Assembly (NCBI RefSeq): GCF_009914755.1
Contig: NC_060927.1
Strand: one strand, 5' to 3'
Length of the DNA: 64,000 nucleotides
Source of the DNA: the human T2T-CHM13v2.0 reference genome, Homo sapiens
The first letter of the stretch is position 1; every line of letters begins with the position of its first letter. Made by a program: the position numbers and the translations under genes. The notes below the pieces were generated by a model, which was not told the DNA's origin, searched no databases, and saw only the letters and a program-made list of their open reading frames with translations. Below are positions 1 to 19,277 of the stretch, piece by piece.

Positions 1-749
1 AGATTACTAGACAAAAAAATTTGGGACCTCAAACTATTTCAACTGTCAGTCAGAATGTTAAAAGAATGAGAGTTAGGGTCTGATCTGGGAACACCTTTCA
101 AATGATTTTGCCAAGGTCACCAGTAGACACACTGAATGTTTTTATAGTCACTCTGAAAATGAGAAATTTTACGTCTATACCCTACAAAGGAAAATTTACA
201 ATCCAGGTCCTCTATGTTTAAGTTTCATTCTTATCTAACTCTTTTATAATCACTTTCCACTTTATAGCCTGATAAAGGTAGACAATATTTTGTGTCTCCA
301 CTAACCAGGTTTCTTGAATCTAGTGCCCTTTCACTTCATAACGTTTTTCACATTTCTACCTCTCTCATCCCCATTGCACCACATTAGCTCAGAGCATCAT
401 TATCTGTCACTTGTAATATTGCGACAGTACATTGTACTATATTTTCTTAAGTTTCTGAGTCTTTGCACATGTCACCACCTGTGTCTAGAACACCCATATT
501 CCCTGATAAACATTTACTGAATGAAAAAAAAGTTAATAAATGCTTTGGATGTTGCTGCTTTGGGTGCTGAACAGAAATAGTGGCCTATCTAAGATTCTGG
601 ATAAGCCTGCATAAAGCACTCTTACTTTCAAAATTAATTTTGAAGAATAAGAAAATTTTGCCATGGAGAATCATGGAGCCTATGCCACAATATTATGTTT
701 TGCATTTAATAAAACACCTCCAAACCCAGGGAAAGAATCAGTTATTACT

Positions 750-3345
750 TCCTTCAATTCATACAACGAATATTTACTGAACACTCTCTATGTGCCAGGC
801 TCTGTACTAGGCACTGAGGATTTCTTAGAGCATAGAACAGGCAAAAAACAAACAAACAAAACCGAAAAAAACCTCACAATCATGGGGCTTATATTCCATG
901 GCAAGAGGAAATAAATGTGTAAATAAAATATATATTTTGTCTGAAGGCAGTAGGTGCTATGAACCAAAAGGGGTGGAAAGCTAAATGTTAAATACAGTGG
1001 TTATGAAAGGCCTTACTTAGAAGTGAAAATTGAGCAAAGACCTGAAGATGATAAGCAAACAAGCCTTATCTGGGGAAAACATTTAAGGCGGTCAGAAAAG
1101 CAAGTGCAAATGTGAAATCATGCATGGTAGGCTGGAGGTTAGGAAGGGGGTCAATGAAGGTTGAGGGGAGTGAGCTAGGGTGGAGCGCTAAATGAAGACA
1201 GAGAGGTAATGGGGAAATTGAATATGGAGGGTCTTGTGAACTACTGCAAAGGCTTTTCTTCCAAGTGAGATGTTGAGCCATTAGAGAGTTCTGAGCAGAG
1301 AAGTGATGTGGTCTGACTGAAATTACATTACATATATTGCAAAGCATCACTCTGGCTATCATTTTGAGAATAGACTGTAAGTGGTAAGGCCAGAAGCAGG
1401 GAAGACAATTAGGAGGCTACTGCAATAATCCGGGTAAGAAATGATAGTTGCTTGGATTAGGGTAGTAGTGGTGATGAGGATGAGGAGTGGTAAGATTCTG
1501 GACTTATTCTGAAGGTAGAGCTGCAGGATTTGTTCAATGGTTGGGTTTGTGAGAGAAATACAGGTCTGGGAGAGAAATAAATTTTTGATTTGAGTAACCC
1601 TAAAGGTGGAGCGTTATTTACCAATATTGGGGAGGCTATGTATTTGCTTGGTAAAATAAGGAATTCCATTTCTGGTATGTCAAGTTTGAGATGCTCATTA
1701 GACAGACGTGGAGATGTTGAATAGGCAGCTGAATATGTGAGCCTAGAATTCTGTGTAAAGGCCTGGACTAGAGATACAAGCTTGCACCATAAGCTTGGGT
1801 GCAAATATTAAGAGAGTGAATGGAGCTGAAGAGAAGAGCTTCAAAGATTGAGCTCTAGGGCCCTCTAATGTTTACCTGCTTGGGAAATGAGAATATGCTA
1901 GCAAAAGAGACTGAGGAGGAGTAGACTGTGAGGCAGGAAAAAAATCAGGAGAGTGTGGTGGACTGAACGCCAAGCGAAGAAAGTGTTTTAATGGAGAATG
2001 AATAATGGGCCATGTAAAACAATTCTGAGACATCAGGAAAGACAAAGACTGCCGAATGGTTAATGGATTTAGCAACATGGAAGTCATTGGTGACCTTAGC
2101 ATCAACAGTTTTACTAGACTGGTAGGTGCAAAAGCTAACTAGAGGGGCAAAAGAGAACCAGAGCATAGGATTGGAGAGTGTTTATAGTGACTATACGCAT
2201 TTCTTGAGAAGTTTTGCTGTAATGGAAATCAAAGAAATGGGACAGGAGCTGCTAGGGAGTATGGTTTATAAGGGTATTTTTAGGATGAGATAAATTATGT
2301 GTTTGTATACTGATAGGAAAGTTTTGATAGAAAGAGAAAATTTGATAAAACAGAAGAAAGATGTGAGCTTTTTCAGGAGCACTGTTTATGCATGTGCAAG
2401 AGGAGAGAGATTCTAAGGCACAATGAGGGATGGGCTGAGCCAAGGGTACACAGAGTTTATCCATAGTTGCAGGAGAGAAGGCAAAATACATGGGTACAGA
2501 TAAATATGGGAGGGTAGGTGTGCTGGACAGCAAGTATTTGTGAAGTTGTCTTTTGATGGTTTCTATTTTTTCAGTGAAGTAAAAAGAAAGGTTCTAAGTT
2601 GAGCGTAAGGATGGGGGAGGAGGTGTTAGAAATTTGAGAGAGGGAAAAATATGAAATATTCTTGTACAGATATGGAAGAGTAAATGACAAGGAAACATAT
2701 TATATTTGCTGGGCAGCATTAACGGCCTCCTTGAGGGATCATGAATTTAAACTGAGAGTCATACATTTGCTTGTGTGTTTTTCTCCAGCCACATTCAGCT
2801 GGCACACAGGCATGAAATAGATGGCGAGTTGCATATGATCAGTATAGTTGAGATTTGTCAAGAGAGCACAGTTAAGTCAGAGAAGGTCAATGGTGTTAAA
2901 GGCGCATACAAGGAAATGATTAAAATCATTGTCCATGGAATCTACGCTATATAATGAAGTGAGCATATGAGAAGCTATGGGTAAAATCAATGAATTAGGG
3001 GTCCTAGTGGGTTTAAGGAATTGGTGTATTAGGGGTAACAAAGGGATTGAACTACCAAGACATTAGGCTGTGGTTGGAAAATGGAATGCTTGAAATTGAG
3101 ATTGTGGAATATTGTAATTATTAGTAATTAAAACATCAGAAATGTAGCCATGGGAATGAGTAGCTATGGCAGAGTGGAGAATCAATCATGAGAAGTTCAA
3201 GAAATTGAGAGGAGGTATTAGAGGGAGCGTGTATTTACACAGTGAATAACCAATAATTGTAATGGGGTAGAAATGGAAAGAGTGTTAGTGAGCTAGGGGC
3301 TAACGTTTTCAAGGAATTGGGAAACTTGCCTGGTAGACAACTGCA
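750..3345 (-). mobile_element. Long L2 (L2a-like) LINE fragment
   Basis: L2 3' terminus pattern ttcatacaacgaatatttactgaacac...tgtgccagg on +; RT remnant HLKLDIPEMEFLILP on -. Confidence 0.8.
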
Positions 3346-3537
3346 TCAAGGGGGAGTTATGGGAACACTTAGCTTTTCTACTACCTCCTCAATGTTTCCT
3401 CTCTCTCACTTTCCATCTTTCCAGCTTATATACTGGCATTACAAACTTTAATTTCCTAGACTAGATAGCTACATATCACCTGTGTCTACCCTTTCTCCTC
3501 CCTATCCAAATTATCTCCAAGTCTTGAGAATTTCCAA

Positions 3538-3880
<343 letters not shown>

Positions 3881-4649
3881 TAGCCTGTCACTCTCTATTT
3901 TATCACTCAGATTAATGTTCTTCATGGCACTAATCGCTCTCTAAACTTAACTTGTTCATTTATTTGTTTGCTTTTTTTGTTGGGGGGGGTGTCTATTTTC
4001 CTTCATTAAATATAAATTTCATAAGGGGAAAAGTTTTGTTTAATTTGTGCCTGGAACATAATATGCCCTCAATAAATACTTTCAGGATGAATTAATAAAT
4101 GCCCCCTATAACATGCTGATGAATCCTTATATTCTTGGGTTCACACAACAGCTTTGCTTTACTATCCTACCAGCTTCTCCCTCCTTTCCTGCTCAAACCA
4201 TCCATTTCACCGAGTAAAGTCATTTCACTACTCCCCCAAAACACCATGTTCATTTCTATTCAGATGATTTCATCATATTTCTCCCTTGTTTATGTCTATT
4301 CCCCACATACCAATTCTTTGAGTCCCAGCTTAGGTCTTACTTCTCGGATGGTTTTTCTATGATTACCATGAGGCCTGCTGATTTCTCCCTCCTCTAAAAT
4401 CCTGCTATCCCTAACAACACCAGCTGCTTTATATTTTCTAATTGTTTCATATGGGTTATTCTTACCTTTTCACTTTAAAATAGGTTTATTTTTGGCCTAA
4501 GGATCCTGACTTACAACTACAGTATACTCAGTAAAAACTAACACAGTGTAGGGCAGATAACGGGTATTCAAAAAATACTATGGCCTCCTTAGATAGCTTC
4601 ATAGACTTCCATCTTCCTCAACAAACATTTTCTACCTTTTACCCTGCTG

Positions 4650-5035
4650 TTAGCTAAATCTAACTATTCTTCCTGCTCTATGATACTGTCTTTGAGACCA
4701 GAACCAACCCCTATGTCCACTACACAGAATTCTACACTCTTGCACTGCAATTCCCACAGCTAAATCATTGTCATTGCCATTATTGTTCCTGGATTCTCTT
4801 GGCAATTTTAGTATATTCAAGGCATAGCTGCCAAGATCATCATCCTCCTTGATTGTTTGGAATCTTTATTTTTTTAAATCCCTGCATTTTTTCCATCAAA
4901 CTTTAAGTGTTCCTGTGGGATTTGTTTTTCCTTGGCTCCATCCTTGGCCTGGTTCTTCTCCACTTTCTTATGTTCAGTCACTCGATTTGCCCTTTGTCTC
5001 ATTTGAAGGAATCAGCTTTCACACCTTCTTTTAAA
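4650..5035 (-). pseudogene. Probable last coding relic exon, K/E-rich, frameshifted (LKEGVKADSF / RVTEHKKVEKNQAKDGAKEKQIPQEHLKFDGK / KEDDDLGSYALNILKLPRE)
   Basis: gtag|T phase-2 start fits the previous exon; 3' end uncertain; minus-strand AATAAA at 4485-4490. Confidence 0.45.
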
Positions 5036-5200
5036 CTACCTTGCATATTTAGAATATTTTCTCAAATAATATAAAATTTATAATATTTATGAATAAATGA
5101 CACAATGCCAAGATATTCTGTCTCTTCTTTCAAATAACATCTGAAGATGCACCTGCACTAGTGAGTTCTATATTTAAGATATTGAATAAGTATCATTCAC

Positions 5201-5389
5201 CCATCTGCTTTCATTCTGTCCTGCATTTTTTAGGACCTGCTTCAGAGTTGTATTTTGAGGTCTTTTGGACGGGGAACTGTCTGGCATAGTTCACAAACTG
5301 GCCTTTGCTCTGTATATTCATGTTCCTTTGATAAATAATAAATAATAATAATAGCCCACTGTGCATTTTTACATTCCACTCATAAATCC
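5201..5389 (-). pseudogene. Relic exon, 189 nt, phase 2 to 2: DL*VECKNAQWAIIIIYYLSKEHEYTEQRPVCELCQTVPRPKDLKIQL*SRS*KMQDRMKAD
   Basis: tttttctttttccag|G ... GG|gtgaat. Confidence 0.7.
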
Positions 5390-5512
5390 CTGGAAAAAGA
5401 AAAACTAACAACCAGGGATTATAATAGAAACACAGAAACAAAACTAACCTTTTACCAGGTTTTGCTACAGTAATATATACTTCCATAGACCTATATTCTA
5501 ACAAATAATTAC

Positions 5513-5569
5513 CTGCTTAAGTCATTTGTAAATTGTTCCTTTGCCAACATTATGTATAATAGCAAATGT
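5513..5569 (-). pseudogene. Relic exon, 57 nt, phase 2 to 2: HLLLYIMLAKEQFTNDLS
   Basis: ccacgtag|A ... CAG|gtaatt; no stop. Confidence 0.65.
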
Positions 5570-5784
5570 CTACGTGGTTTATAGGACAGGGAAAACAACT
5601 AGAACATTACAGCTATGTGGGGGATCAGTGCAAAAGCAGCAAAATAAGAGGTTTACTCTGTTGGGTGCACAGTTTGGAAGAATTAGTCTCACAAGTAGAA
5701 CTACTTGACAGAATATATGCCTGCTCTCCAGCTCCCCCTTCTCCCCTCCTCCAGATCTTTTTTCAATAATGGAAGAAGACTTAC

Positions 5785-5971
5785 TTTCTTTTTTCAAATC
5801 CAGGTGGGAAGTGTATCATTTTGCGTGAAAAATCTGTTTTTCTTTGAACATAACAAATGGTCTGATTGAAGCTGCTCTATGAAAACGGCAGCATATCTAA
5901 CCAGGGAGGTGGGAACTATAGTTTAATGGGTGGAGCACCTCCATATTTAGCTGCAGATGAGCCACATTTAA
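5785..5971 (-). pseudogene. Relic exon, 187 nt, phase 1 to 2: KCGSSAAKYGGAPPIKL*FPPPWLDMLPFS*SSFNQTICYVQRKTDFSRKMIHFPPGFEKR
   Basis: T-rich tract + aag|TT ... AA|gtaagt. Confidence 0.7.
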
Positions 5972-6039
5972 CTTTAAAAAAAATAAAAATTTAAAAAATA
6001 AAAGAAGGCCAAAATGTAATGATTGTCTTGTTACTGCAG

Positions 6040-6056
6040 TGGCCACTAGATGGCAG
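6040..6056 (+). promoter_or_regulatory. CTCF-binding motif TGGCCACTAGATGGCAG
   Basis: Near-perfect match to the CTCF core CCACYAGRKGGCAS, with ctgcag just upstream. Confidence 0.7.
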
Positions 6057-6268
6057 GTCCAAAAATCTGATGGGAGTCTCACAGGAGGGCAAATCTTAGG
6101 GAGCAGAATGTTTCTGGCACTCAATCCAGTGTTGGTTCATCAATAAGCCTTGGCAGTTTGCTAAAATATCAGGTGGGTAAGACAATATCCATGTTATTTC
6201 ACAGGGCTGAAGGGGGCAGGAAGCCCTTTGGTATCTAGGTTTGTAGAGTATTGTCATCACATACTCAC

Positions 6269-6450
6269 ACATCCAGATACTGCTACCCCTTTGGACTTCT
6301 GTCCACAGACATTCTTGGAGCTGGTTTTTATATATGTTCAGCTGTATTCCATTATCTAATGGTCTGTGCAATACTGAGCCATAATCTCAGGAGTGTAAAA
6401 GGTAGTTGTCTAATCTGCCTCCATGGAAACAAATGAAGGAGGCTGTCAGG
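6269..6450 (-). pseudogene. Relic exon, 182 nt, phase 2 to 1: LTASFICFHGGRLDNYLLHS*DYGSVLHRPLDNGIQLNIYKNQLQECLWTEVQRGSSIWM
   Basis: gttcccttaccctag|C ... T|gtgagt; one stop in 60 codons. Confidence 0.7.
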
Positions 6451-7116
6451 CTAGGGTAAGGGAACATACAGCTGTACTGTATTTAACAACATATATTTAC
6501 CAGTAATTGCAACTTCATGTTAAATATGTGTATTTCCTATACTGGAGGCTGACCATATATTCATGTTAATTGTTTTGAAAAAGAGAATGTTGATATATAA
6601 GAGACTTATTATTTAATAGGATAAAATAACTAAGGCCTATGATTAAAAATGAAATGAGTAAATTTAGAACAAATTATTTGTTGTACACAGTAGAGTTTTC
6701 ATTTTCTTTTACTAGGATGGGAGACTTCTAGATGTGGGTCTTATGAGACTATAAAAAAGTCATTCTTGGACCAATTATTCTGAAGATAGATTGTGTCTTT
6801 CCCTTCATAATTTTTTTTTTTTTTTGGTTACTAGATTATCCTGATAAAAGTGATTTCACTACATGGACAATGCCTACTTTTCTTTATCTTTTAATTAAAG
6901 AACTGACCTTATGATTTTTAAAAGTAGAGAATCACAAGCTCTGAGATAATTTATCATTCTCACTAAAGAAAATGTGCTCTAGAGTCAAATTTATCTTTGT
7001 ACAAGAGCTGTGACATGCATTTTGATATACATTTAAGCATCTATGTCAATTAAAATATTATAAAAATAAAAGCAACAAAAACTCAATTATAGCCATGCAA
7101 CTCAGTCATCACTCAC

Positions 7117-7211
7117 CTTTTGTTCCCTTTTTCTTTGAAAATTTAGATAGAATAATGGTAAACATGTTGATTTCATCTATTCTTGCTCTGTATATTTGGA
7201 CTGTGAAATGT
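7117..7211 (-). pseudogene. Relic exon, 95 nt, phase 0 to 2: TFHSPNIQSKNR*NQHVYHYSI*IFKEKGNK
   Basis: ctcttcctgtgtctcatgtag|A ... AAG|gtgagt (consensus sites). Confidence 0.7.
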
Positions 7212-7451
7212 CTACATGAGACACAGGAAGAGGGCACGGGTCTTCAGGATAAAAAACAAAAAAAAATTTTTCCTAAAGAAGAAATATGGGCTATATTGAA
7301 TTATGATAGATGTTTTAAATCAGTACCGTTTTCCTTTAGTTTGGAGTAAAATTTAAAATGAGATGACTGAAATAATTTACGATAAAATATCATGGTTATT
7401 TCTACATATTTAAGGTTTAAAAATGCTCAAACTTATACTTTCCTCATAGAA

Positions 7452-7600
7452 AGAGCACTGGAATGGGAAACTGAGAGGTCTGGGTTCTATTCTGGCTTTG
7501 ACAGTGACTCACTGTGTGACATCCAGAGAGCATGACCTCCCCAGGCTCCTCACTTCTGAAATGGGAGGGTTTTGAGGACAAAGTCTCTCTCTGCTTTAAC
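7452..7600 (+). mobile_element. MIR fragment
   Basis: ctgggttctattctggctttg...tgtgtgac...gaaatggg core. Confidence 0.6.
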
Positions 7601-7889
7601 ATTCAATATCCAAGTAAGTAAATTGCTACGTATTGCAGATTTTTTTTTCCTCAGAAATAGACTAATTTCCTCCGATGAAAGAATAATACTGTTAAGAAGC
7701 TGATGTTGAAAGCTAACATGTCCCTACCAACACTGTGGGCTCTACCCATGCAGGTGAAGCTAGAGCTTGTTCTTCCTTCAATCCCCCCTTTCCCTATTCT
7801 GCACCACTCTTCCACACACTCCCCCATCATCTTTAAGTCTAAATTCTACCTGAGAGGTCCTCTGTGACCCCTAGGTAGTTACTTGCTAA

Positions 7890-8258
7890 TTATTACTAAT
7901 TATTCAATAACTGTTTTACTTTTCCTCTTGAGCACATAGCTAAGTTCCATTTCCCAGCCTTCTCTGCAGATAGCTATGGCCCTGTGACCAAATTCTGGTG
8001 AGTGGGATGTTGGTGGAAGTGACATACGCTGTCCCAGGCCTGGTCCATTAAAAGTTCCTGTGTAATCATTGCTCTCTCTTCACCAGATTTCTGGCTGGAT
8101 GTCACACCCACAGCAATCTTGGAAGCTATGTACTGAAGAGCCTCTGTCAACCTGGGTCCCTGACCAGTCTTTACATGAGCAAGAGAGAAACTCATGTTGA
8201 AATACTGAGATTTGGGAGTGTGCGTATTATAGAAGCTAATGTTACCTTAACTAAGAAC
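7890..8258 (+). mobile_element. MLT1 (MLT1I/J-like) MaLR solo LTR
   Basis: catttcccagcc...tgtgacc...ggaagtgac...ctgagatttggg...taactaagaca. Confidence 0.7.
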
Positions 8259-8767
8259 ACTCCTAAAGCAGAAATTTGTTCTCTCTCCGAGACATTATGT
8301 CTCTTTTACCACATTTTCCACCTTTAATAATTTATTTACTGATATGTAAGCTCCTTGAGGATAGTACATTTGTTTCACTAGTGTACCCACAGAACTCTAG
8401 TTAGTTGAATGAATTCAGAATAGAACATAGCTGGTTTGGAAAGTACAGAAGTTACAGAAGGTAGTAAAAGCAGTTTGATTTTTAAAAATTCTAGCTTTGT
8501 GTTTTATCCTATAATATTTAGGTAGAAGGTAGGGATGATGGGTTGGGGTTTTGTTGGTGTGGAAATGTATTGTGACAACCACAGCCTTTTAATATATTTT
8601 GTGTACTGCATCCCCAATAAACATGTTTTCCAAATAAAGTGTAAAGTCTTTTTCTAAATGCTGTATGGCTTGCCTTTTTTATATATTTGTGTAAAGAAAT
8701 TCGTAGTAGTAATTCTCTGACACTGAGTTAAAGGAAGTCCTATTTTTTTTCACAATTATGTGAAAAC

Positions 8768-9368
8768 ACAATTATGTGCTGTATAATGACATTTTAGTCT
8801 ACAATGGACCACATATCTGACTGTGGTCCTGCAAGATTATAAGATAACTGAAAAATTCCTAATGCCTAGTGATGTCATAGTGATCATAACATCACAGCAC
8901 AATTACTTTTTAAAACATAAATTTAGTGTAGCCTAAATGTACAGTGCTTATAAAGTCTACAGGAGTATACAGTAATGTCCTAGGTGTTCACATTCACTCA
9001 TCACTCACTCATTCACTCACCCAGAGTAACTTCTAGTTCTGCAAGATCCATTCATTGTAAGTGCCCTATAAAGGCATACACTTTTGATCTTTTATGCTGT
9101 GTTTGTACTGTACCTTTTCAATGTTTAGATATGTTTAGATACATGAAAACTTACCATTCTGTTATAATTACTTACAGTATCCAGTACAGTAACATGCTGT
9201 GCAGGTTTGAAGCCTAAAAGCAATACGCTATATCATATAGCCTAGGTGTGTAGTAAGCTCTATCATCTAGGTTTGTGTAAGTACACTCTATATTGTTCAC
9301 ACAACGATGAAATTGCCTAATGATGCATTTCTCAGAATGTATTCCCTTTGTTGAGCAATGTGTGACTA
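8768..9368 (+). mobile_element. Tigger3/MER7-family DNA transposon
   Basis: ggaccacatatctgactgtggtcc...gcctaggtgtgtagt...gcatttctcagaatgtattccc, with degenerate TIRs. Confidence 0.8.
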
Positions 9369-9599
9369 CATTTTGAAAAGTTAAAATAATACTAAAGGGA
9401 GGGACAAGTGAAGAGCTAACTTGAGAAATCTAAGAACTAGGTAATTTAAAAGAAGTGCTTTTAGTTACATAGGGTTTTTAACATCATTACCACCTATGAA
9501 ATTACAGGTATTAACTACTGTCTCAAAATGATCATCGCCCTTTTGATACTTTACTCTCAGTGTCATGGCTGACCTCTTTTGAGTCAAGTTTATTGGACA

Positions 9600-10120
9600 T
9601 TTTCAGTTTTATTTTTTAATTCTCATCACTGCCCCTCCCTGAAATACTTCATCCCTGGTTTCCTTAATAATACTGGCCTAATTTCCCTATTCTCTATCTC
9701 TAGTTTTCTCTCCTCTTTTGTTTGGCTCCTCTTTCTCATCTATTCTTTAAGTATTAGAATTTCCTAGTGTTCTGCTCTGAGTTTTTCTTTCTCTCATAAT
9801 TTTTCCTTGAGTCATCTTATCTAGTCTTATGGCTTTACCTACTACTTCCTCACAAATAACTCCCGACTCTTGATCTTTAGCCCAGACCTTTCTTCGGAGC
9901 TTCAAAACCTGTATTGCCTACAGTATCCTGGGCATTTTAAGAAAATCTAAATATTTTGTGCCACCTTAAATTCAAGTCCCAAACCAAAAGCACTCCTTGC
10001 CCTTTCAAGTCAAACCTTCTTCCTCCTGTGTTCCAGCTCTTGGTAGATGACATCAATTTAGAAACATTAAACTCTCCTTTTCTTTCTTTCTTGTCCCTTA
10101 TCTAAATTATCTAATTAAGT
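9600..10120 (+). mobile_element. L2 fragment
   Basis: Degenerate L2 ORF2 (tctttagcccagacctttc..., ccaccttaaattcaagtccc). Confidence 0.55.
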
Positions 10121-10320
10121 TCTAAATCCTGTAGTGCTTTTATAGTCCATTTGAGATTTTAGCCTAAGTTTGAGGACTAGATAAGTGAAGACAGATTAAA
10201 AATAAGACTTCTTTTAACTCAGTGTCAGAGAATTACTACTATGAATTTCTTTACACAAATATACAAAAAAGGCAAGACATACAGCATTTAGAAAAAGACT
10301 TTCATACCCTTCCATCATAC

Positions 10321-10478
10321 CAGAGTTCCATTATCAGCCTGAAGAGAACCAGGAGAGCTGTCCTGAGAGGGAGCTTTCTCACAATCAGGACTGGATTGAA
10401 ACAAAATAGAATCAATGGAAAGAAAGATTTTTGGGGAGGGGAGAGAAGTTTTGCTTGCTGCTGGTCCTTTGGTAACCT
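10321..10478 (-). pseudogene. Relic exon, 158 nt, phase 1 to 0, no stop: EVTKGPAASKTSLPSPKIFLSIDSILFQSSPDCEKAPSQDSSPGSLQADNGTL
   Basis: cttttcttttgcag|AG ... CTG|gtatga. Confidence 0.7.
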
Positions 10479-10508
10479 CTGCAAAAGAAAAGTTTAAAAA
10501 ATGACCCT

Positions 10509-16964
<6,456 letters not shown>

Positions 16965-18199
16965 GATCTAATGGCTAAACCTATAGAAACTCTAGCTAGA
17001 CCTGTGGTTTCTATTCCTTCCTGGGTATAATAATAAAGGCTCACATTTATTTTAAGTGTTACATTTTTCATTGACATTGAAATGAGACTCCCTTTTCGAC
17101 TAATCGGCTGCTTTGATTTCTTCACCCTAAAAATCACTCTTCAATGTTTTCCACAATTCTTCAACATTAGTAATAACTTCCTATATAGTATCTGTGGTCC
17201 TTTTTCTTTCCCCAGTGTGATATATTTATCATCTATTACACAAACTTCCTCTTTTGCTTCCTCCCTTTTCACCACCAGCTCTAACATCTTAAATTTTCAT
17301 TTGACATACTGCTTACCTAAATTATTTCATGTGTGTTCCCATCCATGGAAATTCATTTTTGTGTGACATAAATCCCTACCCTACTCTATTTCACAGTAAT
17401 AAAACTTTATACTGAATTGCCAAAGAGATAGGTAACCAACCACGCAGTTTAAATTAAGTGCAAGATACACATGTTTGAATATTCTGCTCTCTGTCTAAGA
17501 TGTGTAGAGACAGGTCCTGTTTGTGTCTGAGCATTCTGTCATCTTATTCAAACTGTTGGAGTTAAATCACCTAAGAACTGTTTTCTCACTTTGATTCAAA
17601 AGTAACTTCTGCTATGCAAAAAAAGCACAGTTATGAAATAATATGTGTATTAAAAAATCTCAAAAATAATGATTAGAGTCACATTCAGTCTGTGAAAGGA
17701 GTAGCTCCATGACTTGAGCACATGCCAATGAGATTAGAACTCATCGGGGGTTGGCATTCTCATTGATTGTTGTCCCTCTGTACCTTCAATGGTTTCCAGT
17801 CCTTGTCCAAGTTAACCTTTGCTAGTTGTTGTAGCCATGGTAAATATCCTGTTTATTGGATTTTATTAGCGTTTTAAATTTTGACATTTGGAAAAGCACA
17901 ATCCTCCTTCTTTTTCATCCTGTCATCTTTAGTGTATAAGTGTCCAGGCTCCTTCCAATTTTAAGTTTCTCTTTCCTAGCTTTAGAAGATTATAATTTTG
18001 GAAAGTCACAATTATTCTGCTAGTTGGTGGCCAGAACATATCAATTGCATGTAACAAAATTTTATTCAGATGCATCATTCATACATTTTAAGTCTCACGG
18101 TTTACTTCTTTCATAATTATTTGACATTTTTGGTGAAATAAGTTTAGTTCTGAATCACCCATTTTGTTATGTTGATTCTCCACTATTTTTGGCGATACA

Positions 18200-18420
18200 A
18201 TAGTAATAATGTTAGACATTTGTATAGCAGTGTAAAGTTTTCAAAGTGCTTCCACATACACAGCTCTTATTTGCTTCTCTACCTTAGGACATAAGCAATG
18301 TGGTGTTATACCCATTTTACAGATAAAGAAACACAGGAACAGAGTATTACTTTGGATCACACATGGTAAGCCTCGAGGACAGAATGAGCTCCTGTGCTAG
18401 TGTTCTTTCCATTGCATCGT
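18200..18420 (-). mobile_element. MIR
   Basis: cccattttacagataaagaaaca core on +. Confidence 0.7.
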
Positions 18421-18721
18421 ATCATTAGTAATGTTTACTTACACCTACATACTTACTGCTTTTCAAATATCCAGACGTCATCTCCTCTACTGTACCACTC
18501 TATTATCACTCGTGTCATATTCTGTTTTTATCTCTTTGCTAAGGCTATACCCACCCTTCCAGTTCCCCACTGCCCTCATTAGACTCTGAGCTGCTCGAGA
18601 AAAATGATTCATCCATCTTTGTATCTCTAGACCCAAGTAAGATCACACCACATTTTTGCCAAGTCTCTCTTGTGCTATAAATGTTCATCTTCTCTTAGTT
18701 GTAAATTGCTTTCAACCCACC

Positions 18722-19110
18722 TTTTTTTTTTTTTTCTAACTTTTATTTTAAGTTCAGGGGTGTAAGTGCAGGTTTGTTATATAGGTAAACTTGTGTCATG
18801 GGGGTTGTACAGATTATTTTATCAATGAAGTACTAAGCTTAGTACCTATTAGTAATTTTTCCTGATTCTCTCCCTCCTCCCATACTCCATGCTCCGAAAG
18901 GCCCCAGTTTGTATTGTTCCCCTCTATGTGTCCACGTATTCTCATCATTTAGCTCCCACTTATAAGTGAGAACATGCGGTATTTGGTTTTCTGTGGTTTT
19001 CTTTGGTTGCTGTGTTAGTTTGCAAAGGATAATATTACCACTGACCCCAGAGAAATACAAACAACCATCAGAGAATATTATCAACACCTCTGTGCACATA
19101 AACTAGAAAA
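18722..19110 (-). mobile_element. 5'-truncated, 5'-inverted older L1PA insertion
   Basis: Poly-T and 3'UTR on - (18722-19032) joined to a sense ORF2 piece (19033-19110); flanking caaccca...tttt TSD-like repeat. Confidence 0.85.
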
Positions 19111-19277
19111 TCAACCCATAATTTTTAAGTTTATGTTATAAATATTAGTATTATCTGAGAGGAAGGCATTACATCCATAAGCAGAAAGGTGGAAAAATCA
19201 GGAGAGTGAGTGATTTATTTGAGAGTATCTGGTTTGTTAGTGAAAGAGATATGAAACAAACCCAGGGCTCCTCATAC

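Noticed and set aside
5880-5940. Ankyrin ZU5-like motif (PIKL*FPPPWLD vs PIGLRIPLPPSWTD)
   Set aside because: Too short, and no ankyrin repeats, UPA or death domain are visible in adjacent exons.
17740-18195. Further coding-looking minus-strand stretch as a pseudogene exon
   Set aside because: No convincing splice sites; could be an ancient LINE remnant or chance.
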